Assembly (NCBI GenBank): GCA_001600815.1
Contig: BCKZ01000008.1
Location: forward strand, 899,885 to 963,884
DNA: 64,000 bases
Reading direction: 5' to 3'
Origin: Alloascoidea hylecoeti
Taxonomy: Eukaryota
Every line of letters starts with the position of its first letter. Within the stretch, counting starts at the first letter, position 1. Under the pieces are notes generated by a model, which was not told where the DNA came from, ran no database searches, and was given only the letters and a program-made list of their open reading frames with translations. Shown here one piece after another: positions 11,046-23,077 of the stretch. The translations under genes were made by a program, and so were the position numbers.

Positions 11046-12411
11046 GAGTACAAAAGTAGTAGTTGATTTATAAAAGTCACTTTTACGTACGGCACATTTT
11101 TTGAAGGTGTTGCCAAGGAATGCCAAGGTGTATTAAAGTTTTATTTTGCTCTTAATTGAATCAGTGCAATCATATAGCCTAAATATATATATCTTTTTAA
11201 ACTTTTGTTATAAAATACTCTAGACTATGATTTATTTATAATAATATAAGTATCAATATTGTAGAGCATTTTCTAATTTTTTTTTAATAATCTCAAATCA
11301 TTAATGATATCTCTACATTTCATAATCTATAGCTATATTTGATAAACACTACTACGTACAGTAAAATCTTACTAAATATTCATTAACAATAACCGACACC
11401 ATTAATACGTCAAACATGGCCCAATATTTAGTGAATTATATAAGAAAAAGAAATAGAAGGAGCGTTATGCACCGTCCCGTATAACCTAAAAGAACCAAAA
11501 ATATGGAGATCAATGCAATATCAGCACACAAAGTGCATGTACACGTGATCATTACTCTAAATGTTGATCTTTTACAAATGTTGTGTGTTCTGTGCATAAC
11601 TGGTAAAAATTTAAAAAATCAAAAATCATATAATCAATACTATTGAAACTTGAATATTATTGATGATTATAACGTTTTTAATTTTTTTAATGGAATAATA
11701 TAAGTGTATTTATATTCTCGGTACTTTAAGATAAGTTGTAGTTATTAATGATTATATAATCTAAAATAAATATTAAATAATATTAACATAAATTTGAACT
11801 TTTACAAAGGTAAAATTGCTATATTTAGTAAGTGAGATTGGAAAATGAAATGCATACGGATTCAGAAAAAATAGGAAGATCATATAATAATGAAACGGCT
11901 CTAATGAACATAATGAAAATTTTCAACTTTTTTACTATTACAATTCTTTGATCTTAAAGAGCTCGAGTACTATATTTTAATGAGGATTACTTTTCAAAGT
12001 TTAGTTTGTGTGTGAATATAAATATTGTTATTCAATCATAGTTGTTAAGATAATAGATTTCTATTTATAAATGTTTCAAAGTTAAAAGTTTAGTTAAGTT
12101 AGGTGTATAATTGAAAAAGATAAATGATAATAATACTCATTCTATTTTTCATTTTTTAATAGTAATATTTAATATATATTTGCTATTAATAAGTTAAATG
12201 TTATAATTACAAAGGATTAATTGTATGATATTCGTTATGTCTTTTTCATTAAATTAATTCAAGTGTTTTGTTCCATAATTTTTAAAAATCATCTTATTTA
12301 TAAGTTTTATAAGTGTACTTTTAATAATGTTATTGTTAATGTTAATGTTATTGATTTGATATAAAAAATGAAGAGAAATTCCAACGTTAATGATGATAAA
12401 AATATGAAAGA

Positions 12412-12792
12412 TTAAATCAATAATGTTTCAATATTATCTTTAATTTTTAAAATTGAATCTTTAATCCTTGATTGATCATTAGTTGTAATACTAGCAGCAA
12501 TAACAGGTCTTGAAACACCACAAGCTCTACCAAGAGCCATTTTACTTGGTACAAAAACATAAGGTACATTTTTATCTTCACATAAAAGTGGTAAATGTAA
12601 TAAAATTTCAATTGGTTCAGTATCAGCAGCCATAATAATAAATTCACTAATTCCTCTATTTAATGTTTTTGTTGCTTCATTTGCGCCTTTTTTTAATTGA
12701 TGATAATGTGATGCTTGTTGAATTGTATCTAAGATAGATTGGGTTAATTCAGAACTTGCTAATGGGAAAGCTTTTGGATTTGTTTCTGTCAT
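12412..12792 (-). CDS. SNU13: U4/U6 and box C/D snoRNP protein Snu13 (L7Ae family)
   Basis: NPKAFPLA...[16 protein letters not shown]...[19 protein letters not shown]; near-canonical sequence. Confidence 0.98.
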   Translation of the reverse strand: MTETNPKAFPLASSELTQSILDTIQQASHYHQLKKGANEATKTLNRGISEFIIMAADTEPIEILLHLPLLCEDKNVPYVFVPSKMALGRACGVSRPVIAASITTNDQSRIKDSILKIKDNIETLLI

Positions 12793-13264
12793 TATTTAAT
12801 AAAATGTGTAAAGAAGTATGTGAAAAAAAAAAAGTTTGATTTGGAAAGAGTTTGGATAGGAAGGAAAAAAAAAANAAANAAAGGAAAAAAAAAAACTGAA
12901 ATTTAAAAGTGAAAAAAAAAAAAAGAAAAATTGAACGAAGATCAATTATTATAGCGCGCGATGGAATAAAAAAATAAAAAAAAAACCATTTAAAAAATAT
13001 TTTTTGAAGATCGATATTTGTAAGATATTACGTAATGGAGAGATACAGAGAAACCAGGAAGAGTGGTAACCGTTAAGTTCTAAACCCTAAAGTCTAAAAG
13101 ATGAAGATAAAGATAAAGTTTGAATGAAACAATTAAATATTAATTTTATATATATATATAATTTTCAATTGTGTACAAACAATATTAATATAGTGAAAAG
13201 AATACAACAACTAACAGCATCAATGCAATATATTAATGGAAATGATGAACGGGAGAGATTAAGA

Positions 13265-13583
13265 TTAACAAAGGGCATCTAGGGCACAACAACAACACAA
13301 TGCGGCCAAGCTATAAGGTCGGGGTTAGTCAAGAAGAAGGCAGGCGGGTGGGGAGAGGAAACATACCATCCTGTACAGCATCCATCGTTGCTGCTCTGCT
13401 GTGGCTGTTGCTGGATGATGATGGGCTGCTGCTGTTGGGGGTAGCCCTGCTGGTAGCCTTGGGGAGGGGGGTAGCCCTGTTGGGGGTAGCCTTGGCCAGG
13501 TGGTGGCTATGGGATGTTAGTTTGGAGCGAAGGAGCGAAGGAGCGCAGCGCAGGGGACATACGTAGTACTGTTGCTGGTTCAT
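13265..13583 (-). CDS. CYSTM-domain (cysteine-rich tail-anchored) protein, 68 aa, three exons
   Basis: Exons 13583-13563, 13506-13367 and 13310-13265; both introns are GTATGT...ACTAAC...ATAG. Product: [68 protein letters not shown]. Confidence 0.9.
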
Positions 13584-14138
13584 GAGGAAAGGAATGTAGG
13601 AGTGAGAGGAGAAGAGGAGAGAAGAGTGAGACAGCACAAAGGAGGATTGGATATATATATACAAATATCGAGGCAATGTAGCTTTAACCCTGCCTGGCGA
13701 GGCTGTTGTGCAGCGATCACTAGTGCTGAGGTTTACACATACCGCTTGGCTTCGGACGTGCCGGTCCGAGGGGGTATTATAATACGTGCAAGAGACGGCC
13801 ACTGCAGTCCGGGCGGCCACGGAATTAGGTTACTAATATTAGGTTACGAGCTTATACGAGCCGGCTGCAGATATGCAGGCCGCCGTATCTGTCGGCACAC
13901 GGATCATCCGGCTCGCAGTGAGTGTAGGGTGGCCACAGGCTCGGCAGGCTCGGCGGCAGGCTCGGCGGCAGGAGCGAGCCCGGGGCTTCCGTCCCATACG
14001 GTTTTACCGTGCGGTTTATTATTAGATTTATATTTATGATGCCTGATCACCTCCCAAAATCTCTGCTATTTTAGAATAGTATAAAGCTTCTTTTGTTTAT
14101 CTTTTCTCTTTTTCGGAGACCACGTTTTTGCTGCCTCC

Positions 14139-16002
14139 ATGCCAAATCGTAGCCACAGAAGAGGTCTGAGTATTGGCGATCTGGAGTGCCAAAACGTCCC
14201 AGATCCCGATAAATTGCCTCCGCCCATAATAACACCGGATCTCCAGAACACCTTCCTAGTTGAGACTAATAGCATACATCAAAGGCAACCATCCCCATCT
14301 CATGTCCTTGTAGGGTCACCACTTATTTCGGACCCTGACTCCCAGCCATTCAGTCCGCAACACGCTCTGGTGGCTTCTTTAGATCGCGATAATAGCTCTC
14401 CTAGCCCGTCCCAATCCCAATTAAACGGCACCCCCAAACGTATAGACAGAAAAAATCAAAATGGCCATGTCTATTATCCTGCTCCCATTCCAACACAACT
14501 ACATTTACCTCCTCTATTATCCAAACAAAATATCCATACCAATCCAAATATCCATAACAAAAGATATCATGCAATTTCCAGCAATCATAGAAATTCTGCT
14601 CCTGCTCACATCACAAAAGGATCTCCCTCACTTTCTTCAAACTCCAACTCCAACTCTACCAATAGAAAATCTCTATACGAAACAGGTTTCATCATTTCCC
14701 CACAAGAAATTGAAAAAGCTAATTTAAAAACCAAAAAAAATAAAAAACATAAAAGATTATTTTCCTCATCCATTTTGAATATGAATAATTTATTAGATAC
14801 TTCAAATCCTGATTCAACAATTGATATTAAATCCTATGATGGTACTAAAACAATTGCTGAAAATATGGCAAGAAAAAGTATTATTAGTATAACTCCATTA
14901 TCAAATAATAATAATAATAATAAAAAACATATTTCAACTTCTACAACTTCAATAAATAATAATAATATTAATAATTCTCTTGAAGTAAAAAATTATAATA
15001 ATCAAAATAATAATGATGTTATTTTTAGACATGATCATAAAATATCATTAGAACCACCTCCTATTGGTGATGGTAAACTACATTTTCATAAAAAGACACA
15101 TTCTTCAACTACAAATCTTTCAATTTCTTCAACTTCAACTTCTTTATCTACTCATATTTTAGAAGATAATAAAATTAAAGAAAAAAATAAACATCAACAA
15201 TTTATTATGTCTACTAGATCTTCAACTCCAAATACAAGTTTTAATGATGATTTAACTTCAAATGTAAAAGTGTTCTCTTCAAATTCTTCAATCCCACAAA
15301 CTCAACTTCAAACAATAACCCAAACTAAAATTTCTAGAAATTCAAATGAAGTTAATACAAATGAAAATGTTATTCCGATTAATACTAAAGATAAACAAAG
15401 TACTAATGTTGACGACAATATAGTACCTCAAAATAACAACATTGGTAGTACTAATGCTAACGAGAATGTTATCCCTATTAATAGTAATGACAATATTATC
15501 CCTATTAATAGTAATGAAAATGAAAATGTTATCCCTATTAACAGTACTGATGATAATGTCTCACAAACTCAAACTCAAGATCAGGATGAAAATCATGATG
15601 AACCTGATCAAGTTCTTATATTTGAAGAAGTTGTCTCAGATATTGATAGTGATTTAGCAACACTTGGTTCAAATTCAGATTCAGAAGATAGTTCACCAGA
15701 AAGTAATTCAAAAACTAAACAAGAACAAAAAGAAGAAACTGAATCAAAAGGAATTGAAAAGAAAATATTAGGACATAAAAGTCTTATATTAGATGGTATG
15801 GAAAGAACAACAAATTTAAAAGATATTAAACCTGCTGATATGTTTACTGAACCTTTAGTTTCAAAAGCAAAAAAACATATTCAAAAATCAGGAAGAGGTG
15901 AATCAACATATATAATTGCAAAAAAAGCAGCTGAACAAAATAAAGAATTATCATCTGATTTTGAAAAACTTGAAATTAAAGAAAAACATAATTCAAGTAT
16001 AA

Positions 16003-16049
<47 letters not shown>

Positions 16050-16293
16050 ACAAATGATGAACAAAAGGAAAAAGAAAAAAATAGATTTCCAACATCATCA
16101 GTTACATTATTAGATAAATTAACTGAAAGAAAAAATGAAATTAAAAATGAATTAAATTTTTCAAAATTATATAAAGATGAAGATAAAAATTTAAAAAATA
16201 ATACAACTGCTCAAACAATTAATGATTATATTGAAAAAAAAAAATTATATCAAAAACAATTATCTCAACCATTAGAATTAAAACAAAATAATG

Positions 16294-16350
<57 letters not shown>

Positions 16351-17269
16351 TTAATGTTAATGACAAAGTTGATGTTAATGAAAGTGAAAATGTTAATGTT
16401 ATTAAAAATGATTCAGAATCAGTTTATTCAAATAAACCAAAAACTAGACTTTCAAGATATAATACAAATTCAAGTTTAAAAAGTCATAGATTAAGTAAAG
16501 TTTCTACTGATCAATTACAATATTCACAAATGACAAAAGAATTTGAATATGAAAATGAACATTATAATTCACAATATGATTTACAACAGCAATTACAACA
16601 ACAAGATCAACAATTTCATAGAATTTCATTACAACAACAACCACAATATCAACAAGTACCATTACAACAACCACAACCACAATATCAACAAGTACCATTA
16701 CAACAACCACAACCACAATATCAACAGGCTCCATTACAACCAGGTTATGAATATTTTGATTATACTAGAAATGGAGATGTGATAACATCAATTCATTCAA
16801 TGTCACCACAACCAATTAAAAGAAATAATGGTACATTATATGACCTTATAGATTCAAAAAAACAAATTCCAAAATATCAAACAAATCATTTATTTCAAGG
16901 AGAACCATTAGTTAATCAAATCAAACCTCCTAAAAAACAAGAAAGTGGATTAATTGGTATAATTGATCAAAAAAAAGAAATTCGATCATATGATTTAAAA
17001 AAAGCATTTAATGAAGTTGTTTATATTCCAAATCCAATTAGAGAACCATCACCAGAACCAATAAAATTTGAAAGAAGTTTTTTAAAACCTGGTGAAATTA
17101 GTATTTATCAACAAAGAGAAGCAATGAAAAAAGAACAAGCTGAAAGATTGAAAAATCATGGATCTGGTTATAATACAAATAGATTTTCTTATATTACATC
17201 AATTCCTGAAAAACCAAGACCTAAAAAAACTGTTTATTATACACCTGAATATCAAGCACAAATACAAAG

Positions 17270-17358
<89 letters not shown>

Positions 17359-17600
17359 ATCAACAAGAACAATTTCAAACTAATCAACAACGACAATCAT
17401 TTCCTTCTGGCTATAATCCAACATATCAAGCACAAAACTTTTATACTCCTCAACAACAACGAATGATGCAGTTGAGACAACAACAACAATCACCACCAAC
17501 TTCATTACATCAACATCAATCTTCTATTTCATCTACGAATCAAGAATATTCAAATCAACAACGTTTACAACAACAACAATTTGGACGCGGTAGATATTAG
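14139..17600 (+). CDS. Uncharacterised 1153-aa low-complexity Asn/Gln/Ser-rich protein
   Basis: Long uninterrupted ORF with poly-N and poly-Q tracts and internal repeats; no domain recognised. Confidence 0.85.
16638..16743 (+). repeat. 36-bp coding tandem repeat x3 (QPQYQQVPLQQP)
   Basis: Unit caaccacaatatcaacaagtaccattacaacaacca is repeated. Confidence 0.85.
17271..17357 (+). repeat. Pure (CAA)n microsatellite encoding about 29 Gln
   Basis: Seen directly. (AAT)n poly-Asn tracts also occur at ~16007-16046 and ~16293-16349. Confidence 0.95.
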
Positions 17601-18019
17601 AATTTAAAAAATCTACAACAGATATATTTTAATTAATATATATATAATGAAAACTACAATTTACAATAATTAATTATAAAAGTTTCTTTACCTTAGCATA
17701 TTTTATTTTTTTTTAATCTTATATTATTTATACTGATATGATCATATTTTTTGTAAATATTCGTATGTTTCCCTGCTGTAGTATTCGTATAATTATATAT
17801 GTTTTGCGTTAATATTCGACCATTTGCTGGCCCCTATGAGAAAATATTCTTATATTCGCCTATTTAAAATTATTATTTTATTTCGGCTACATGATGTGAT
17901 AATATTCGACCAATCATTTCACTTAGTTCCGGCCACTTTTATGTCCACAAAACATGGTCAACACTGATATTTCAAAAACTTGAAAGGGGTGTTAAGGTAA
18001 TTATAAATCTAAAAAGAGA

Positions 18020-18440
18020 TTGAAATTTACAGTCTGAGTAATTCTGGCTTCTCACTTTTCGAATTTGGCAGAAGGAAGCATTGTACCTTCAACTGTGCAC
18101 TGTAAAAAAATACACCAACAACTTTTCTAATATAACAGTTCCTTGCTTCTGCTTCTTCCTTGAATAGGCCTGAGACGCTGGGCTCAAAGTTTAACATTAG
18201 ATTATCAAGGACTAAGAAACATGAATATGTAATATTTTCGGCTTGTAAAAGGCCTTTTCTGAATAGTAAGAAAATATCACATCTGGTCTTAGATAAAGCT
18301 GTCGGTTCAAATACAAATACAATTAAAAAAGAAAAAAGATGATTCAGTTGCAGCTAAGACTCAACTTATGGGAGAGATGAACATGTTTAGAAAGGACTTC
18401 TTCACTCAATTATATATAAAATCATAACCTGATCAGAAGG
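18020..18440 (+). mobile_element. Fragment of the transposon family seen at 9600-11045
   Basis: 18352-18371 (AGCTAAGACTCAACTTATGG) is identical to the reverse complement of 9661-9680, with weaker similarity on both flanks. Boundaries are uncertain. Confidence 0.5.
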
Positions 18441-19007
18441 AACGTGCATATGCATACGACTTTATAAGATTTTATACCTTACATTGTAGGATGCGAAAAG
18501 GGTGTTTAATGCTGAACACAAAGATCAATATTTTTTTCTAAATGTTGTGAGGCTTGGTTTAGAATACTAATGATCATGAACACCGAAGTTCTTTGGTTTT
18601 TTTAAAAGAAAACTTCAAGAACACTTTCTTGTTTTCTCTATCTTTTTACCACTTGGATCATAATAATGAAAATGATCAGTCCTTAACTGTCTAAAATTCT
18701 ATAAATATACTAATTTTAACTAACTTTGAGGGTATATTTAAAATTTTCTACCCATTCCCTTGGCTCCCGTCAAAATTAGCTTACCATTCGGCCATGATCT
18801 TTTATTGATTACTATTTTTTACTTTCTTACAATTGTGTGATGTTGCATTGTGGGGATTTGTCACGTGCACCGGTATTTTTCATTTCCCACTTAAATTCCT
18901 ACGGATATCAATTGTACTATCCGTTTACTCATTTACTTTTAACGTATCAAAGTACGTCAATTATAGAAACAGACAAAAAAAAATCAAAGAAATATATTCA
19001 TACAATA

Positions 19008-20033
19008 ATGTTTTCAAGATTGGCTTCAAAGACTATTAAAAGTTCACCAATAGCAACATCGGCATTTGCTTCAACATATTGGTCAAGATTAGCCTCAACA
19101 TTAGCTATTATTGAACAGGCAAATTCAAATCTAGCCCCTGGTTCTTTGAATGCAATTACTGCTGCTTCTAAGATTGGTGGTCCTATTACTGCTCTTGTAA
19201 CAGGTTCATCAGCATCTGTTATAGCAGCAAACATCGCAAAAATTGATGGTATTGAAAAGGTTTTAGTCGCTTCAAATGAAGCCTATGATCATAACTTACC
19301 AGAGAATTTAGCTGCTTTAATTGCAGAAAATGTTAAAAAAGGAGAATTTTCTCATGTTGTTATTCCAGCTTCAGCTTTTGGTAAAAATGTTTTACCTCGT
19401 GTTTCTGCTTTACTTGATTCTCAACAAATTAGTGATATTATTAAAGTTGAATCTGAAGATACATTTATAAGACCAATTTATGCTGGTAATATTTTAGCAA
19501 CTGTTAAATCTAATGATTCAATTAAACTTATAACTGTTCGTACTTCTGCCTTCCCACCTGCTGTTGAAGGATCATCTTCAGCCTCGATTGAAGAAGCAAT
19601 TGATCCAAAAGCTGAATCTCAAAGTGAATTTATATCAGAGAATTTAGTTAAAAGTGAAAGACCAGATCTTGGTTCTGCATCAATTATTGTTAGTGGTGGT
19701 CGTGGTTTAAAGAATAAGGAGAATTTTGAAAGTGTAATCTTCCCATTTGCATCTTCATTAAATGCAGCTGTTGGTGCAAGTAGAGCGGCTGTAGATTCAG
19801 GGTATGCTGATAATTCTCTACAAGTTGGACAAACTGGTAAAGTTGTTGCTCCAGATCTTTATATTGCCGTTGGTATTTCTGGTGCTATTCAACATTTGGC
19901 AGGTATGAAAGATTCAAAAACAATTGTTGCAATCAATAAAGATGAAGAAGCTCCTATTTTTCAAGTTGCTGATTTAGGATTAGTTGCTGATTTATTCGAT
20001 GCTGTTCCTGAATTAACAGAGAAAGTCAAATAA
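19008..20033 (+). CDS. AIM45: Electron transfer flavoprotein alpha subunit, mitochondrial
   Basis: Presequence-like MFSRLASKTIKS; motifs RPIYAGN, VSGGRG, GASRAAVD, QVGQTGKVVAP and GISGAIQHLAGMK. Confidence 0.96.
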   Translation: MFSRLASKTIKSSPIATSAFASTYWSRLASTLAIIEQANSNLAPGSLNAITAASKIGGPITALVTGSSASVIAANIAKIDGIEKVLVASNEAYDHNLPENLAALIAENVKKGEFSHVVIPASAFGKNVLPRVSALLDSQQISDIIKVESEDTFIRPIYAGNILATVKSNDSIKLITVRTSAFPPAVEGSSSASIEEAIDPKAESQSEFISENLVKSERPDLGSASIIVSGGRGLKNKENFESVIFPFASSLNAAVGASRAAVDSGYADNSLQVGQTGKVVAPDLYIAVGISGAIQHLAGMKDSKTIVAINKDEEAPIFQVADLGLVADLFDAVPELTEKVK

Positions 20034-20500
20034 TTTTTGTTATGAGTTACTATTATATAATTTAGGATATTAAGTGATAAATGAATTAAATTGTTTTAAT
20101 AAGATATATGATCAATATGCAATATATCTCCACTCATTTTTGCAAGTTAGCTAGGTATTGCCGAAGCCCAATTTCGCCGAATTAGATCGGCTTTCTGTCT
20201 ATTCAACAACCAATCGAAATAGATTGCATTCGCACTAATTAGGTGGTGTTTATCCGTGATAGATCGATGGTTCCCAAAAAGGAAGCTCTTCACGCGAACA
20301 AATCCCGGTGACCGGTAGGTCGGCAAAGATCTCGCACAGCATCGGGTATTATAGTGTGGGTCTTTTATACACACCATATCAACTCAATTCAAGGTTTTTC
20401 TTATCGAGAGATGAAGATTTTATTATAAATACACTTGAAATTGTCCCATTCATTTTTTACTATTTATCATTATATTTTATTATTTAGTGTCAGACAAAAA

Positions 20501-22609
20501 ATGGAACGTCTTAGAACAATATCAAAGCAAACTACTTCTGGTGCCATCAAAACACTTCAATATCCTTTGGATCCTTTAGATCCCCAGGAATTATCTGCAA
20601 CGGTTTCTTTAGTTAAAAAGAAGTTTGGTAAGGGTATCGCTTTCAACACAGTTACTTTACAAGAACCTAAGAAAGCAGAATTACTGGCTTGGGAAGAATC
20701 TCCAAGTTCTACTCCAAAACCAGATAGAGAAGCTTATTTTGTAATTTTTCAAGAAGGTGTTGAAGGTATCATTGAAGGTACTGTTAACATTTCTAAAGGA
20801 AAAGTTGGTTATCATACAAATACAAAAGGTGTTCAACCGATTTTGACTCTTGATGAATTAGTCGGTTGTGACGATATTCTAAGGAAAGATCCAACTGTTA
20901 TTGAACAATGTATTCTTTCTGGAGTTCCAGAAAATGAAATGGATCATGTTTTCGCTGATCCATGGGCTCTTGGTTTTGATGAAAGATGGCCGACAGAGAG
21001 AAGGTTACAACAAGCAATTCTTTACTACAGATCTGATGAAGATGATTCCCATTATTCACATCCTTTAGATTTCTGTCCAATTATTGACGTTGTTGGAAAA
21101 AAGGTTATATTTATTGATATTCCTCCTGTTCGTCGTCCTCTAAGTAAACACCCTCACTCTAATTTCAATCCTCCTGATATTGAAAAGACTTTTGGTTACA
21201 GGAATGACAATAAACCAATTAATGTTACACAACCAGAAGGAGTATCATTCAATATGACGGGTAGAATAATGGAATGGTCAAACTGGAAATTCCATATAGG
21301 GTTTAACTACAGGGAAGGTATTGTTTTAAGTAATATCTCCTATAATGATCATGGATCGGTTAGACCTTTATTTTATAGACTTTCAATCGCTGAAATGGTT
21401 GTACCATATGGTAACCCAGAACATCCTCATTATAGAAAACATGCTTTTGATTTAGGTGAATATGGTGCTGGTTATCTTTCTAATTCTTTAACTGTAGGTT
21501 GTGATTGTAAAGGTGTCATTCATTATCTTGATTTCCATTATGTTGATAAAGATGGTGAACCAACAACTGTTAAAAATACTGTTTGTATTCATGAAGAAGA
21601 TAATGGTATATTATTTAAACATTCAGATTTTAGAGATGATTTTAAAACATCAATTGTTACTCGTGCAACAAAATTAATTGTTTCTCAAATTTTCACAGCT
21701 TCAAATTATGAATATATGATTTATTGGATTTTCCATCAAGATGGTACTATTCAACTTGAAATCAAACTTACTGGTATATTAAATACTTATGTTATGAATG
21801 AAGATGAAGATGCTGGTCCATGGGGAACTCAAGTTTATCCACAAGTTAATGCACATAATCATCAACATTTATTCTCTCTTCGTATTCATCCAAGAATTGA
21901 TGGTGATGGTAATAGTCTTGCTGTTGCAGATGCTCAAAGATCTTATGATCCAGTTGGTCATCCAAATAATAAATATGGAAATGGATTTTTCGCAGGAAGA
22001 ACTGTTTTTAAAACTGTTGCAGATTCAATTACTGATTATGATGGTACAACATCAAGAACATGGGATTTCATCAATCCAAATAAACTCAATGCATATTCTG
22101 GTAAACCCGTCTCATATAAGTTGGTTTCTCGTGAATGTGCTCATTTAATGGCAAAACCAGGTGCTGTTGTTTGGAATAGAGCTCCTTTTGCTCGTCATCA
22201 TTTCCAAGCTGTTCCATATAAAGATGGTGAAATTTATCCAGCAGGTGATCATGTTGTTGAAACAAAAGGTAATGAACCAGTTGGTTTAGATAAATGGATA
22301 GGTGATGGTAAGGCATCAATTGAAAATACTGATGTTGTCGCTTATCATACATTTGGTATAACACATTTCCCAGCTCCTGAAGATTTCCCAGTTATGCCTG
22401 CTGAGCCAATGACTTTATTATTACGACCTCGTCATTTCTTCTTACAAAATCCTGGTCTTGATATTAAACCATCTCATGCTTTAACTACAAGTCAAGCAAG
22501 AAAAAGACAAAATGTACCAATTAAAAGTTTAACAGATAGTACTTCAAGATTAGCATTTGTAGGTACAAATTCTACTGCAACTGGTGGTTCATGTTGTTCT
22601 AAGAAGTAA
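20501..22609 (+). CDS. AMO1: Copper/TPQ amine oxidase, probably peroxisomal
   Basis: TPQ motif SNYEY, copper ligands HNHQH and HTFGITH, AFDLGEYG, EDFPVMP. N-terminus MERLRTISKQT resembles a PTS2. Confidence 0.95.
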   Translation: MERLRTISKQTTSGAIKTLQYPLDPLDPQELSATVSLVKKKFGKGIAFNTVTLQEPKKAELLAWEESPSSTPKPDREAYFVIFQEGVEGIIEGTVNISKGKVGYHTNTKGVQPILTLDELVGCDDILRKDPTVIEQCILSGVPENEMDHVFADPWALGFDERWPTERRLQQAILYYRSDEDDSHYSHPLDFCPIIDVVGKKVIFIDIPPVRRPLSKHPHSNFNPPDIEKTFGYRNDNKPINVTQPEGVSFNMTGRIMEWSNWKFHIGFNYREGIVLSNISYNDHGSVRPLFYRLSIAEMVVPYGNPEHPHYRKHAFDLGEYGAGYLSNSLTVGCDCKGVIHYLDFHYVDKDGEPTTVKNTVCIHEEDNGILFKHSDFRDDFKTSIVTRATKLIVSQIFTASNYEYMIYWIFHQDGTIQLEIKLTGILNTYVMNEDEDAGPWGTQVYPQVNAHNHQHLFSLRIHPRIDGDGNSLAVADAQRSYDPVGHPNNKYGNGFFAGRTVFKTVADSITDYDGTTSRTWDFINPNKLNAYSGKPVSYKLVSRECAHLMAKPGAVVWNRAPFARHHFQAVPYKDGEIYPAGDHVVETKGNEPVGLDKWIGDGKASIENTDVVAYHTFGITHFPAPEDFPVMPAEPMTLLLRPRHFFLQNPGLDIKPSHALTTSQARKRQNVPIKSLTDSTSRLAFVGTNSTATGGSCCSKK

Positions 22610-23077
22610 ATTATGTGAATATTTCTTTGTTTATCTTATAATTTCCTCTTGCTCCTAATTATATACTAGTTGTTTTATTTTGTCATAATCTTATTGTATG
22701 ATTGATATATATTATTATGAATCATTTGAAATTTAGATGTTGCTATTTACTTCGAATTCATTCCGGAACAACTTTATGTGTGATATTTAATTGGTAATTT
22801 GGTATCCAAGTAATAAGCGAAAATGTTATTTGTATGCAAACGTTAACTTAGCTATGTGGGTGCATGCATAGACGTTTTTAAACTTACAAATTTACAATTA
22901 AGGTAATAAGATTACAGTTTGCAAATCTCCTCAAAAATAAATACGGTTATACTAAAAATAAGCCATATAGTTTTTTATATTGATAATAGGGGAAACATCA
23001 ACATCAGTTTTTATCGGTTCAGTTCATTAGACAATAGCAATAAATATATAAATAAGTTTTAAAGATTATTAACCCTT

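Noticed and set aside
13300..14039. ORFs 13300-13566, 13329-13820 and 13572-14039
   Set aside because: Explained by the spliced CYSTM gene and the GC-rich promoter; no recognisable protein features.
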